64,000 nt of DNA. It comes from Nemertoderma westbladi. Taxonomy: Eukaryota > Animalia > Xenacoelomorpha. A model generated the notes under the pieces. That model saw nothing but the letters and a program-made list of their open reading frames with translations, was not told the DNA's origin and did not search any database. The position numbers and the translations under genes are program-made. Position 1 is the stretch's first letter. The number at the start of each line of letters is the position of its first letter. The stretch is from NCBI GenBank assembly GCA_032718475.1, contig JAUCBJ010004046.1, positions 53,648 through 117,647 on the forward strand. Reading direction: 5' to 3'. Of the stretch, positions 1 through 12,254 are shown in pieces.

Positions 1-1006
1 AGTTGTGCGAAACAAGGGATCTAGCACATATAACCTTCCCTCGCGCGTGACTAACCTGGGAATCGCCGCTGTCTCTGGATGCATCGTCGGGTGGAGTCAA
101 CGTCCTCTGTTGGATGTTCTCCGTCGTCGGTAGCACCTGACCCGGTACCACCACTCCATTCTGCATCAGCCAGCTAGTAACTTCCCTTTGATACCTGCGC
201 TCCTCCTTATCCTGGATCTCTTCTCGCTCCACTAAGTCTCTCAACTCTGCGTCACTCACCTGAGTCGCCTGCGCTTGTGATGCCCATAGCAGCCAATTTT
301 CCGTCCTAACTCGTCGGAATTGCTCCGATAACTCGCGGTGCTCCAACAAGGCTGCTAAAACCCTGTCGTAAATCCTCGTCGCCACGTCGCTCGACTGAGA
401 CTCTACTGCCTTCTTTGCTAGGACTGCAAGCTCCTCCGTCTGCTTGAATAACGCTGAGTTATATCCTCTTCTAATCTCTACTAACTCTACCCTCCCGATG
501 ATCGCTGAGTCGGCTAACATTTTCCTTACCTTGTCCGCCGTCCGGGTTATATGTCCGGCGTGCGCGCGAAGTTTCTTCTTTATCGCAGTGTCGAACTCTC
601 TATCACTTACCTGACTTACACTCGGTGGACTTGAAGGATTATTTCGGGAACTACGGGTACTCCTAACAGCCGTCGGGACCACGGCACTTACCATACCCAC
701 AGGTCTGGAAACCGGGCTCCGGGCTCTCGCTTCTGCTATACTACCCTCCCTATCACTCACCTCTGGTTGGGTTGCTGTGCGGTCCTTCCTTACAGTAGTG
801 GTAGGGGATCCTAATACTATTATCTCTGGTTGTTGTTCTTCCTCACTAGTCACTGTCTCGTCCTCCTGTTCACTTACGTCAGCGTCGCTCGCTGCGTCGT
901 CATAGTCGGCATTGTCGTCAACAGTAATATTGACGCTATCGTCAGTCGGCGGTCCAGCCGCCGTCTCATAGCTGTCCTGTAGTGCCTCTTTGTCTGAGAC
1001 ACTCAT
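1..1006 (-). CDS. N-terminal part of a gag-like/polyprotein ORF of an LTR retrotransposon (possibly BEL/Pao); runs off the window start
   Basis: ATG at 1006-1004 opens a stop-free frame to position 1 (MSVSDKEALQDSYETAAGPP...KKKLRAHAGHITRTADKVRKMLADS...). It is absent from the ORF track because it has no stop in the window. An acidic N-terminus is followed by a helical segment resembling BEL/Pao gag N-termini. It lies downstream of a TG-starting LTR-like end. Confidence 0.6.
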   Translation of the reverse strand, partial: MSVSDKEALQDSYETAAGPPTDDSVNITVDDNADYDDAASDADVSEQEDETVTSEEEQQPEIIVLGSPTTTVRKDRTATQPEVSDREGSIAEARARSPVSRPVGMVSAVVPTAVRSTRSSRNNPSSPPSVSQVSDREFDTAIKKKLRAHAGHITRTADKVRKMLADSAIIGRVELVEIRRGYNSALFKQTEELAVLAKKAVESQSSDVATRIYDRVLAALLEHRELSEQFRRVRTENWLLWASQAQATQVSDAELRDLVEREEIQDKEERRYQREVTSWLMQNGVVVPGQVLPTTENIQQRTLTPPDDASRDSGDSQVSHARGKVICARSLVSHN

Positions 1007-1849
1007 AGTCTAAATAATATTTGCCTTCCGGCAAAAATATCTCGCAAAGGTTCGAGATATAATTATAATTTAACCGAAAATACGGTCAAATTATTTGTCA
1101 AATAATCAGTTGGTCCAAATGTCAAATAAATTCGCAATGCAATATTGTGAATTTAATGGGGTATAGTTATAGCAAATACTAGCACAATATTTAAACAAAA
1201 ATATTATTATATAGCTACTATATAGTATTAAATACCGGTATAGCACAAAATAATTTCTGAATCTAATACAAAATATTCAAAATATACTTGCAACCCGAAT
1301 ATTTCTAATTTTATATATAGCTCTAATCAACGTAATTTTAATTTCAAATATTATATGTATCCACTAGCGCGTGGCTACATCTTCGGGTTGCGACTCTCTC
1401 TAACTCTCTCTCTAACTTGAGCGATTCAAAAAACCATGGCCGGCTAAACCTAAATATCCTAAACAATAAATTGAGTTCAGCTTCGCAGTTAAACAACCGA
1501 TAATTTTTTACTGCTTCCACAAACACAATGGTGCCAACAGAACAACCAACCTTGTTTGCTGTGAGATTCCACGTCCGCATCCAAAGATTCAGGCCCTTCG
1601 CTGATTGCAAACCGAACCCGCAGACCCACACGAACCCCAAACTCAGAAGTTCCGTCTTGCCATGTATCTCCAGATGGTATAAAATAACTAAGCGGTTACC
1701 TAACATACCGGTACAAAACTCTAGAATTTTACAAAATAATTTTGACCGAAACTGAATTCTCGCAAACCTAGCTAAAATTTTCAAAAAATTTACTAATTAC
1801 AATTTGCCCTAAGGCCTAAGGAACTGCTGTATTCGCAATTAGTAAAACG

Positions 1850-2290
1850 CACTACCGTACATCCACTGTATGCAGTACAGTAAGTAAAACAGTACACCAA
1901 CCTAACAGCCTAAAGAATACTGTATGTGGTACAGCAAAACAAATGTCCTTTCTACCGTACGCAGTAACAGCAATCAGCCTAATGTACTACTGTACTATTG
2001 TACGCAGCCAGTGAATACAGTAATCTAAACTAACAACCTAAAGGAATACACTCGATGTTCTACCGTACGCTAGCCTGTAGCCTACAGCAGACGATCACGT
2101 GCTCTAATTTATTACTCAATACTGTGATACTACTAACAGCCTAAGAATACACTATTGACCGCTGCAAGCAACAGCCAATAACACGTATCACTGATACGAA
2201 GTATCAGTAATCTAAACTAACAGCCTAAGAATACTCTATTTACTGTACGCTACAGCCTACAGCAAACAATACACGTATCACTGATAAACA
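1850..2290. repeat. Degenerate direct repeats in the retrotransposon leader
   Basis: The motif ctaacagcctaagaatac and neighbours (taccgtacgc, acacgtatcactgata) recur about 4 times. Confidence 0.55.
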
Positions 2291-3933
2291 ACCGCGACCT
2301 CTATACTAACAGCAGAACTGTTGAACAGACAAATACCCGTTAATATCCTTCTGCCAACCTAATGAGCTCTCGCCTAACCAATAAGACACAATAAAGACTG
2401 CTCTACTGTTAAGTAAAGGGGATCAGGAGCGTGATATTACTAAATTGTAAAGGTTGCTAAATACAAAACCGCTACTTACCGTTAGATGGCGCTAATCTGC
2501 CGTCTGCTAATATATTTACTAATTTTACACAACTCCTGCAAAATCGCTTGTTCCTTTCTCTACCGATTGCTCGACAGAGAGCTAACTGTTCGAATCTATG
2601 AGCCACGCGGGAATAACCAAAACAATAAACCCGAGTCGGCTCCCTAAGCTTACTTAAGACGAGTGCGAGAGGCTTTGCACTCAGAGTATTCTTACGCCTA
2701 ATTCTATCACTATTAAAGCACGCTATTGCCTACGTCTTTTCTAATCGCGAATACTGGGGGTTCCCTAACGTAATGTGTGAAAGCGAGAATATTTAAAAAT
2801 ATCAAAAATGGTACAGTATTTGTCTCTACGTGGATAGTACCGCTCTGGGTCTAAACTTGCCTGCAGCTGGCTTTAGGCCAGCAAATTACTAGCGTGTTGT
2901 GTGTACCGAATAGTGCGATCTAGCTGATTGCCCGCCAATGCAAATAACCGCTCAGCGTGAATAGTTTACAGTACTCTAATTATTACCTTAGCTACTCTCC
3001 GCTATGCTGCGTACTAATTCTTAATTTTTACTAATCAATTACAGTCACAAATATGTAACAGCGTACTAATTACTAAGAGTTCCAGAATACGTAATTCTAA
3101 TTTATTACGCAACAGGTTTCGCTAGTAATAGCCTAAATTGCCGTATTACTTTGACCTAATCAGTAACTAATTGTTGTAACTAAGAAATAGAAATCAATCA
3201 AAGGAAAAAGGGCGCCTACCTAAACATTCACAATCGTAGGCACTTCAATAACACACCAATCAGCGTCAGCAATCACAGATCACAATTATGCAGTTAACTA
3301 CTGTATAGCCCACAGTTATGCGACTCACTATTCGTACTTCACACTCCACGTTGTGATACGTGCAGGCCTCTCCCGGGTACATATAGGACTCCTAACTAAC
3401 CTGATTCCTGCCCCCCTAATACTAAATAGAGACGAAACCTGGATCATCAGCCCCCTAATTACCGTACCGGCGATTGGTCTGCATACCACAGCGTGATCTA
3501 CCCGACCGCAACGGTGACCCCCCGCCAGCGTTGCTCGCTTTTGAATCCTCCGCTCTCCCTTAGTCGCTCAACCCCCCGATGTGCCCACCGCCCACTGGCA
3601 CCTTAGCCCTTCATTATGCTAATAGCTACCGTAGCGGCGCATGCAAATCACAAAGTCTGACAGTCTCAGAAATCCCTTAGGATTATTGCGTAGAAAGGAA
3701 TCACATAGAACCATTAACAAAAGGTAGAAATCATAGTTCCAGTTGTAATTAGCAGTAATCGATGAGATTAATTGAGAAACACAATCAAGAATAATCGCAC
3801 TAGCAAAGCATTTTGAGAAATTAATCGAAACTAGCAAATTGCAGAAATACGCTAAAATATCCGTCAAAAAATGAATAGGGACAGCTCAGCAAGTAAGCGT
3901 AACATCACATAAGTAATACCGGCAAAACGCCAA

Positions 3934-3991
3934 TTTATAGGTGATCCGGATGGGGTGATGCAATAGGGTGACTCAATCGCTCTCCTATTGG
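3934..3991 (-). promoter_or_regulatory. Putative LTR promoter (CCAAT box and TATA box)
   Basis: On the minus strand, CCAAT at 3991-3987 is followed ~50 bp later by TATAAA at 3939-3934, oriented toward the gag-like ORF. Confidence 0.4.
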
Positions 3992-4363
3992 CTCTCCAGT
4001 CCGCGCTAGCATTAGACCAAGCTGGAAGCAGTTAGTCCAATAAGGAGGCCGGATTGTAGCCCTATTGCTGCCCAAACCTCAAATTATTACCATATATGGT
4101 AATGGATCATGTCCCTGGCTGCTGAATGGCCAGGACAGCGTCCCTATATGCTAGCCCTATTGAAGCTAATATCAGCAAGCACGAAATCCAGGGTCCGACT
4201 AAACTTGCTACCCTGGAACTATCTACATATATCCTAATACAAAATTACGTAGGTAGGGCTACATATTATACAAAACGGATGGATTCAAATATATGGGCGT
4301 TTTGGTTTCCCTATCTAAATATCACCTCGCTATTATATCTTATCTAAAATATTATGCTGCACA

Positions 4364-4452
4364 ACGGACTAATATTACATACAGTATAACGGACTAATAT
4401 TGTGTACAGTATAACGGACTAATATTGTGTACAGTATAACGGACTAATATAT
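4364..4452. repeat. 25-bp tandem repeat (~3.5 copies) near the LTR 5' end
   Basis: Repeated acggactaatattgtgtacagtata. Confidence 0.85.
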
Positions 4453-4479
4453 GTGGATACAGCGCCATATACCGTAACA

Positions 4480-5120
4480 TATTGAAAGGTCCATAGCTTC
4501 CCCTTACTCTTTTCGAATGTGTTGTTTGTTGGTATCAATTCACATTCTTCCATTAGGTCTAAAAGTAAGTACCCATTTCTGTTAGAACTGGTATTATAGG
4601 TGTAACCCTGGATGTCTTCTGGGCCAATTTGGGCATTCAGGTCACCAGCAATGACTTTAACATTGTGTTTCGGAATGTCCTTTTTAAGTCCAGTCAGTTC
4701 TTCATAAAACTTGACTGCTTGTTCTGGCTCTGAGGCATTGGTTGGACTGTAGCAACATATAACTGTTGCCTTGGGATTCCCATCAAATGTTGCGATCATA
4801 ACCCTGGAATTTATAGATTCGATGTTGTTTAGGGTCTTAAGTGCAAATGGGCTTAGCAGAATTCCTACTCCACCAATTGATGCATTGGCCGAGTTTCTTA
4901 CTGCTGAGCTTGTTACTAACGTCCATCCATTTCCAATGTCATTGTACTTCATGGCAGTGTCTTCATGAAAAATCCGATGTTCTTGGATGCAGATAATGTC
5001 GATGTTATATTCCATTGCCAGAGCGACCATGTCACCCTGTTTGGTATGTGCTTTCGCGTGCGTGCGTTCATTGTAGCAATCTTTAGTGTCTTTTTACATT
5101 TCAACAGGTTGGTCCTTCTT
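4480..5120 (-). pseudogene. Disrupted apurinic-like endonuclease domain of a LINE
   Basis: There is a frameshift near 5040-5055. The domain is truncated at 4480, before the conserved DYI and SDH motifs. Confidence 0.85.
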
Positions 5121-5617
5121 TCTTCTCTGTCTTCTGTTCCAGTAGCCAATTTATCGACCCCAGCCTGGTGTACCACTGGGGGACGCTGGTCCTTGTTGAC
5201 CCGGGCGACGACCGAGCCGGTATTTCACCTGGAGGGTTCTCATACTCATATCTTTCAGTTGCGGGAGTAAACCGCTTGTGGTCGCAACTCCTACAAGCGT
5301 CTTCGCAGTAGATTGCCGTTGGTTGATTACCTTCCGCCGACCTTGTCAGCATGTCTAGCCGTTGGTTGATTACCTTAACCTTCCGCCTATCCATGGCCTA
5401 CAGCCCTGCTGCCGACTGTAGGGGTCCTTTTGTTACACCCTGAACCAAGTGTGCCTCCTGGGTTAGGTTACCTAACACTGGTAGAGGAGCATCCAGTATA
5501 GACAGGGCGGGGCGTGTATCATCTCTAATGCAGATGCGTATCAAGCCTTTGCCTTCAATGGTGCCCTAGGCGCTATAGCCCTCAATGACTTATTTAGTTG
5601 ACGGGGCTGACGGGACG
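4480..5617 (-). mobile_element. 5' end of an RTE/RTEX-type non-LTR retrotransposon (5' UTR plus frameshifted APE endonuclease), interrupted by the LTR element
   Basis: APE motifs KIATMNART, IICIQEHR, GGVGILLS, CYSPTN, IAGDLNA, NRNG and WTF are split over two frames (ORFs 4949-5176 and 4419-5030). The GC-richer leader ends abruptly at ~5617 and contains a duplicated ggcggaaggt..aatcaaccaacggc motif. Confidence 0.85.
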
Positions 5618-6169
5618 TAATTTAATTAATCTTATTAATTATTATTGATGGTTTATTATTTTTTCTGATATTTTATTTTTATATTATTTTATTATTATAT
5701 TATATTATTTTACTATTATATATATTTTTATTATTATTTTATATATATTTTATTACTTATTATCGAAAAAAAAGCGAATTAATATTCTAGAATATAGTCA
5801 GATAGTAAAAAAAAACATTGAAATTATGTTGATGCATCTCATAAAATGTATGCCTTTGATGTATTTTGTCTGTAAGATTTTTTTACCATTAATACAGTAA
5901 TTGTAGGGCCTACTGTAGCAGTTACCGGTAATTAACTGCTACAGTATATCAGTAGACTTTTTAATGGCGTTTTATAGCGAATTAAACAAATTCAACCTGG
6001 AAGCCTAAGAAACGGTGTGAAAATATCACCATACACACGTACAATTTAATAAAAATGTCACATGCTTTATATTACATGTATTGGTATTGGTACTGTAATG
6101 TAGGCCAGGTGAGATAAATAATGACAACATAAAACTACTGTAATAACTTTGGGAAATAGTATAACATAG

Positions 6170-6708
6170 TATAAAAGTACAACAACGAGCAATAATGAGC
6201 AACAACGACTGAACGAGCAACAACGAGTCTGCGAGTTACATTGAGCAACAATGAGCAATAATAAAGTACAACAACGAGCGACAATGAGCAACTACGAGTA
6301 ATATTGAGCAACAATGAGCAATAATAAAGTACAACAACGAGCAATAATGAGCAACAACGACTGAACGAGCAACAATGAGCAATAATAAAGTACAACAACG
6401 AGCGACAATGAGAAACACTGAGCAACAATGGGCAACAACGAGTAATATTGAGCAACAACGAGCAACAATGAGCAATAATAAAGTACAACAACGAGCAACA
6501 ATGAGGAAAAACGATTGAACGAACAATAATAAAGTACAACAAGAAGCAACAATGAGTAACAATGAGCAACAACTAGCAATAATAGAGTACAACAACGAGC
6601 AACAACGAGCACAATGAGCAAGAACGAGCAATAATAAAGTACAACTAACGAGCAACAATGAGCACCAACAAGCACCAATGAGCAACAACGAGAAACAATG
6701 ACCAATAA
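6170..6708. repeat. Low-complexity A/C-rich tandem repeat (acaacgagca / acaatgagca / ataataaagt units); resumes at 8749-8832
   Basis: ~10-bp units are seen directly. They generate Leu/Cys-rich spurious ORFs in all three minus frames. Confidence 0.85.
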
Positions 6709-8748
6709 CAGTAGGGAACACATGCCCGAATTGGCAGCACAGACGCACTGCCATTTTTGAAAAATGCACTGCCATATTAGGCAGTTTTACCCTAAATTTC
6801 GGATAAAATGTGAATTTTTATCAACTTCCTGCTGGAAGGGCCCCATTTTTATTTCATTGGATGAAAATATGATATATATTGGAGGTAAATACAAAATGTA
6901 GTAAGAGTTTCATGGTTGGGTTTTGGAGATATTTGACATTGAAAATTGCAAGTCAAAAACATGCACTGCCTAAAATGGCAGTTATGGTATTGAATTAATT
7001 CCTTCTGTCTGACTGTAGGAGAGCTGGAGAGCCTGGCAATGCCAGGCATCCTTCAGTCCTTCAGAGTTTATCTATCTCTGTCTGTACTGTATCTGCTAAA
7101 CAGCCTATCTATCTACAGTATATAAGACTATCCTTTTGAAAGCAATTTATATATTTTATTTTTGTTAGTTATTCAGTTAACTGGTTAACAATTTACACAG
7201 TCGTCAGTCACTGACGGTAATTTATTAATATATTTATTATACTGTATAAAAATATTAATATATATGTGGCCATAATTAATAACAATATGTATTATAGGCC
7301 TATAGTTTGTTAATATTAAAAGTTACGGTTCACTAATGATAAAATTTATGGTTATTGACTGATTGATATATGGTAACTGATAATTATTGATAGTAAATAT
7401 TTAGTAATAAAATCATTAGGCCTAATATATATCATATTTAAAAATGTCATATCTTTAAGGGGTCTGTACAGAAATTTACCTCCCCTTGATAAATTTATTG
7501 TTTAATAATTTATGGATGTAGAAAGAAATTTCTTATAAGGCACTGTTTAAGGATTAACTGATAAGGCATTATTTGTTAACAAAATACAAATTACTGTATA
7601 AGAAGTCATCATCAGATCATTAGTAAGAAATAATTAAATCCAATTTAGATACTAAAAAATAGTCTATATTTAGATTTACACATTCACACACAAAATTTAT
7701 ATAATAAACTAGTATTTTGATACAGTATGACTTACCGGCTGACCAGTAATCTAAAATTGATATAAATCAATTAATTGTAAATTGATACAGTATTATGTTG
7801 GTTTTACAGTAGATGGAAAACGTAAAATATAGAGTGAGCAATGAGTAAAACCAACATAAATATAAAATAATAATAAAGATAAAGATAATATATTCTAACA
7901 AACACATGTTGCAACAGTATATTTTTTCAAAGCAAACTTTGATACTAATGTTTTTGTGTACAAGTATAATAGGCTGGTAAAACAAACAAGTAAAACAAAC
8001 ATAATACTGAATATCTACAATATAAAAATATTACAAATTAAAAATTAAAATTAACAAGCTAATATTGCGATAGTATAAATTAAGCTAAGACTGAGATGAG
8101 CGTTTATGTTTACAATAGGCAATAGGAGTATGTAGATTAAAACACATACAAACTGACAAAGTCATACATTCGACAATAGTAACGGATGTAGAGAATGCAA
8201 TACAAACCAACATACCATATAGGCCTACAGATATAATATTTACAAATTCAGGAGAAAAATGATCGGGTCTTTCTTTTTCCAACTTTCCCAGTCTACTGGT
8301 GTTTCAAACTGTGAAAAATTGATTTATAAAATATGTTGAATATTGGTTATTTAGGCCTATATATATATTGTTTCCATCAGAATTGCTGAATTGTATGTAA
8401 CGCTGAATGCATTTTCTGATTTTGCACTGCCATTTTAAGCATTGCACTGCTAGTTCAAACAGTATGCTGCTATATTAAGCAGAACACTGCTATTTTGGGC
8501 AGTGCATGCTTTTGCCTAGCAATTTTCAAAATCTGATGTCTCTAAAACCCAACTGTGAAAGTCTACCAAATTTTCTATTTACCTTGCAATACATATTATA
8601 TTTTCATCCCATGAAATAAAAAAGGGGCCCTTCGAGCAGGAAGTTAATAAAAATTGATATTTTATCAGAAATTTAGGCTAAAACTGCCTAATATGGCAGT
8701 GCATTTTGCAAAGTCTGCACTGCCTGTTCGGGCATGTGTTCCCTACTG
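6709..8748. mobile_element. Non-autonomous hAT-like DNA transposon with ~270-bp imperfect TIRs and a 5-bp TSD
   Basis: The termini are cagtagggaacacatgcccgaa ... ttcgggcatgtgttccctactg. The inverted similarity extends ~270 bp. AATAA is duplicated on both sides. The element splits the A/C-rich repeat and has no transposase ORF. Confidence 0.85.
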
Positions 8749-9206
8749 AATAACGAGCAACAATAACCAACAATGACCAACAACGAGAAATAATAAAGCA
8801 CAACGAGCAGCAAAGAGCAAAAACGAGCAACAAACTGCGTCGAACCGGATTGAATGTGGGGGAGAGGCACGTTCAAGCGTTCGAGCGAAGCCTTAGCATA
8901 TGGGTGCCATTAACTGATTAACGAGTTGTCTGTCATCGACGTCGTCGTAAATTTTTTATCGCTAATAACTCGGTCATTCCTTGATGAAATTAAACGAAAC
9001 TTGTTATGTATGTACTCTGTCAAAAGATTACAAATAATCTGAAGTTTGGTAAAAAACCTTTTCCTCAATTGGTAAAGTGACCGTTTATCTGTTTATGTTC
9101 CCTACTGGCTGACTGGACTGTGATCATGATCAGGTTATGTATTTCTGAATACTGGAATAGGCCTACCTGCCTACAGTAGGTAATCAGATAATCAGATAAT
9201 CTGATA

Positions 9207-9494
9207 ATGTCATCTCAAAACAAAACTACCGGTACAGATATTTCTTCAAAGCGTAAATCCTGGGAGACGAACAATGAATGGGAACTTCGTAAATCATTTA
9301 TACTAAAAAACCGACCCACTTTTATTGACAAAGAAGATCAATTGGATTGCTTATCGATGGCGTGGGTTAATCATATATGTATGGGCTGCGAATATCCAGA
9401 CGATGTAATGGCGCAATTGGAATATTTATCTGAAGGACTGGAATCTATCGTCCATAGTCTAGGACACCAAAGTGGTACATTAAAAATTTGTTAG
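9207..9494 (+). CDS. XRN2-binding domain (XTBD) ORF: a stand-alone CDKN2AIPNL/PAXT-1-like protein or an extra first exon of the NKRF-like gene
   Basis: ETNNEWELRKSFI...DQLDCLSMAWVNHICMGCEYPDDVMAQLEYLSEGL matches the XTBD pattern E-x3-W-x2-R-x2-F ... LS-x2-W-x-N-x3-(L/M)GC-x-Y. Confidence 0.85.
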   Translation: MSSQNKTTGTDISSKRKSWETNNEWELRKSFILKNRPTFIDKEDQLDCLSMAWVNHICMGCEYPDDVMAQLEYLSEGLESIVHSLGHQSGTLKIC

Positions 9495-9886
9495 TTCGTT
9501 TTCGTTTGCCGGTACAGCTTACAGGCTTAGTCCGGCCTGTAGTCTGTTAGTCAGTGCAGTTAGTTGCTGTTGAAACTCTGAACTCACTACCGGCTGCCCG
9601 GTACGTCATTCAAACGTTGATCGCAGATTGAATTACGTCGTCCAGTTGTCTGGTTGTCTATTTTAATAGGCCTATTTGAAATTATCGAATTCTGGAATTG
9701 GTGGGATTAAGTTAAACTAAAGTCCGTATTCGATTCGTATACTGGTATATACAACAAGCCCCATGAAACGAAGTCAAGACAATCTCTGATCTGCTGAAGC
9801 CAGGAAGCAGAGTGAAGTACATTTAACTATTTTGCTGTGCACCCTTTGCGTTTTGTCTTGCACCTTGCAGCCTAGCTAATTACCAA

Positions 9887-10398
9887 ATGTCCCGACATAA
9901 AACTGAAACGGCCTATGAATGGAATTTAAGAAAATCTTTTCTCGACAAAAACGCGGGTGTTTTAGAAGGGAGTATGTTGGATTCCATGTCGAAGTGTTGG
10001 GTAAACCACGTAGTAATGGGTTGTGTATACCCCGAAGCCGTTATGGAGAGATTGGAAGCCCTCTCGACTGGTCTAGATAACGTGATAGAGGATCACAGAG
10101 CAATGCAACCTCAAACAAAAACATTGGAGGACAATAAAGAAATCACGGGAAAGGGGGGTTATTCTCATAAACCGCGGGTTTCATTTTCATTAGAATCCCA
10201 AAACAGAGGTAAATGTTCATCCGCAGTTATTGAAAATCAAAATCGTCTTCCTGCAAAGTTAAAGATTTCTTTCTGCAGGTCGGCTGGGCAACTAGAGGCT
10301 GACCTTAGTAGTTCTGGAAACGATTTAAATACGGTTGACCCTGTGGTGGAACCATATAGACTATCTGACATTCCCTCGGGATTGGGTACCCAGTCCAG
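9887..10398 (+). CDS. NKRF: NKRF-like gene, XTBD-containing exon
   Basis: ETAYEWNLRKSFL...MSKCWVNHVVMGCVYPEAVMERL is an XTBD. The donor AG|GTTGGC at 10398/10399 (phase 2) matches the next acceptor. Confidence 0.8.
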
Positions 10399-10877
10399 GT
10401 TGGCTAGTTTATTTCGATTAGAGTACCGGTACAGGATTTTCTAATTTCTACGAATTTTTCATGGCAAAATTAGCACTAGTATGTCAGTAGGCCTATGTAG
10501 CTCACAGAAGTCACAACTTATAGCTCTTGACTGGTTACATTGCAATGTTTATATTGCACATTGAAATTATTAGGCCTATGTTACAATCTATACTTGAAAA
10601 AATTTATTGCATTTTAGCATTTTAAAACGTTTTTTTATAAAGTATTACAATATATATAATCATAATTTTGTCAAATTACAATTTTATTATTTTTTCACTT
10701 TTGATATAAATCATATCAGTAATTTAGACTCCATCTACTAAACCAAATACCATTTATTTAACTTATAAGTAACTTATAAGGCCTTTTATAATAACGTTAA
10801 ATAAAAGTTATTGGTAATTTCGCGTTTCAGCATCGGTGGCAGTTGGCAGTGTATATTTATATAAGACGATATACTGG

Positions 10878-10908
<31 letters not shown>

Positions 10909-11483
10909 CAAATTGAAGGAAAGGAGCAGGTTACAGAGTCAGGGTTTTCTAACCAAAACAATAAACTGTCACTTTACCAATTGAGGAAAAGGAGCAGTTT
11001 ACAGAGGCGGGTTTTTCTAACCAAAACAATGGCTCAATAAAAGGGCGGTCATCAGTAACGGTAATACTAAAATTTAACCACCGATGCTGAAACGATTGAG
11101 CCAAGTTATATAAACTCCCTATATATATGTTTTGCACCCTTTTATGGCCAATAAAAAAAATTCAACAAAAATATAATTTAATAATATATATTTAATTTAT
11201 TCTTAAAATTAGTTGTGTTATTTCTTAGTCAGTATTTAAAACGAACGGATTTATCATTTTACATCATTTTCTAGCTCTCCAACCTTGATGTCCTTTATTC
11301 CCTGTAAAATCCTTTAGAATAGCTTTTGCTTTGTTTCCCTGGAAAAAAATTGTCAAATGTTCATTATAAATTGTTTGTTATCGGGCTCAGGAAATTTAAT
11401 TTCCAGTACCGGTACATTTATTCATATAATCGATATATATATATACCGGTACCGGTACGTTTGTTACAAACTCTCCAACCTAG

Positions 11484-12143
11484 ACTACCAGAAAGTACCG
11501 GTAGTAACTTAACTAATTCGTCTACCATCGCACCCGCCGTCTCACAACTCGACCCCCGAAAGCTAGACAATGTCCCTGGCTGGCTGTCTCGTTTCGCGTC
11601 CGCCGTGCTCCAAACCAAGCGAGTCAGCGTGGACCAGCACCCAGTTAGTGTCCTCGAAAACGCGTGCAGAACGCGACCCATGCAGAATATCGGTTCGTTC
11701 AGAACATCCTATATATTCGAGGAAGACTCTGTAGAAATCGGTAAAGAAACACACAGATGTTCCGTGGTTTTAAACAACATCTGTTTAGCAACCGCAGTAG
11801 ATAAAAGAAAAAATTTAGTTAAAAATAGATGCGCCGAAATAGCTGTAAAACGAATTTTATCAAACGATTTAAATTCTATGACATTAATTACCACCGTAAA
11901 AAAAGCGAAAATTCAAACTCCTAATAAACAGTCGATAGTTAAAGCACCCCGCAATAAACGCTCAGATGTTGATAGCAACCTCTCGCATTTAGCTACAATC
12001 GGCGGCCCCACCGGTTCTTTCGATAAACTCGTTGTTTTCGAGTCGCCCGGAGAATCTGAATCCACGATTTTGAATAATTCGTGTCAGCGTTGCCGTTTGG
12101 AAGTTCAGTTCGTTTATTCCCAGGGATCAACTGCGCCCATTAG
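11484..12143 (+). CDS. NKRF: NKRF-like gene, exon with a dsRBD-like domain and the start of a second one
   Basis: Acceptor ccaacctag|A (phase 2). The exon encodes HPVSVLENAC...HRCSVVLNNICLATAVDKRKNLVKNRCAEIAVKRI, then STILNNSCQRCRLEVQFVY. Donor AG|GTTATT (phase 2). Confidence 0.75.
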
Positions 12144-12254
12144 GTTATTATTAATTATTATATATATATTACAAAATTTTGTAGGGCTACCTAACTAGGA
12201 AATATATTTAGCGATCAATAACGATTCAAAAAATTATAATTAATATGATATAAT

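Larger units (their letters stand above)
1..4479 (-). mobile_element. 5' portion of an LTR retrotransposon (5' LTR, long leader, start of gag) inserted into a LINE endonuclease
   Basis: The minus strand begins TGTTACGG at 4479, exactly where the LINE endonuclease homology stops (after KLWTFQY). It contains CCAAT/TATAAA motifs, 25-bp tandem repeats and a gag-like ORF. The LTR 3' boundary and PBS were not identified. Confidence 0.6.

Noticed and set aside
1344-4347. Short ORFs in the retrotransposon leader (e.g. 1344-1784) as accessory genes
   Set aside because: They have no recognisable motifs, several use non-ATG starts, and their lengths are compatible with chance.
6026-6775. Leu/Cys-rich membrane protein ORFs
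   Set aside because: They are the reverse complement of an A/C-rich simple repeat and are open in all three frames.
11326-11483. N-terminal part of ORF 11326-12198 as coding; likewise 22226-22294
   Set aside because: These segments are AT-rich and intron-like, upstream of phase-compatible splice acceptors.
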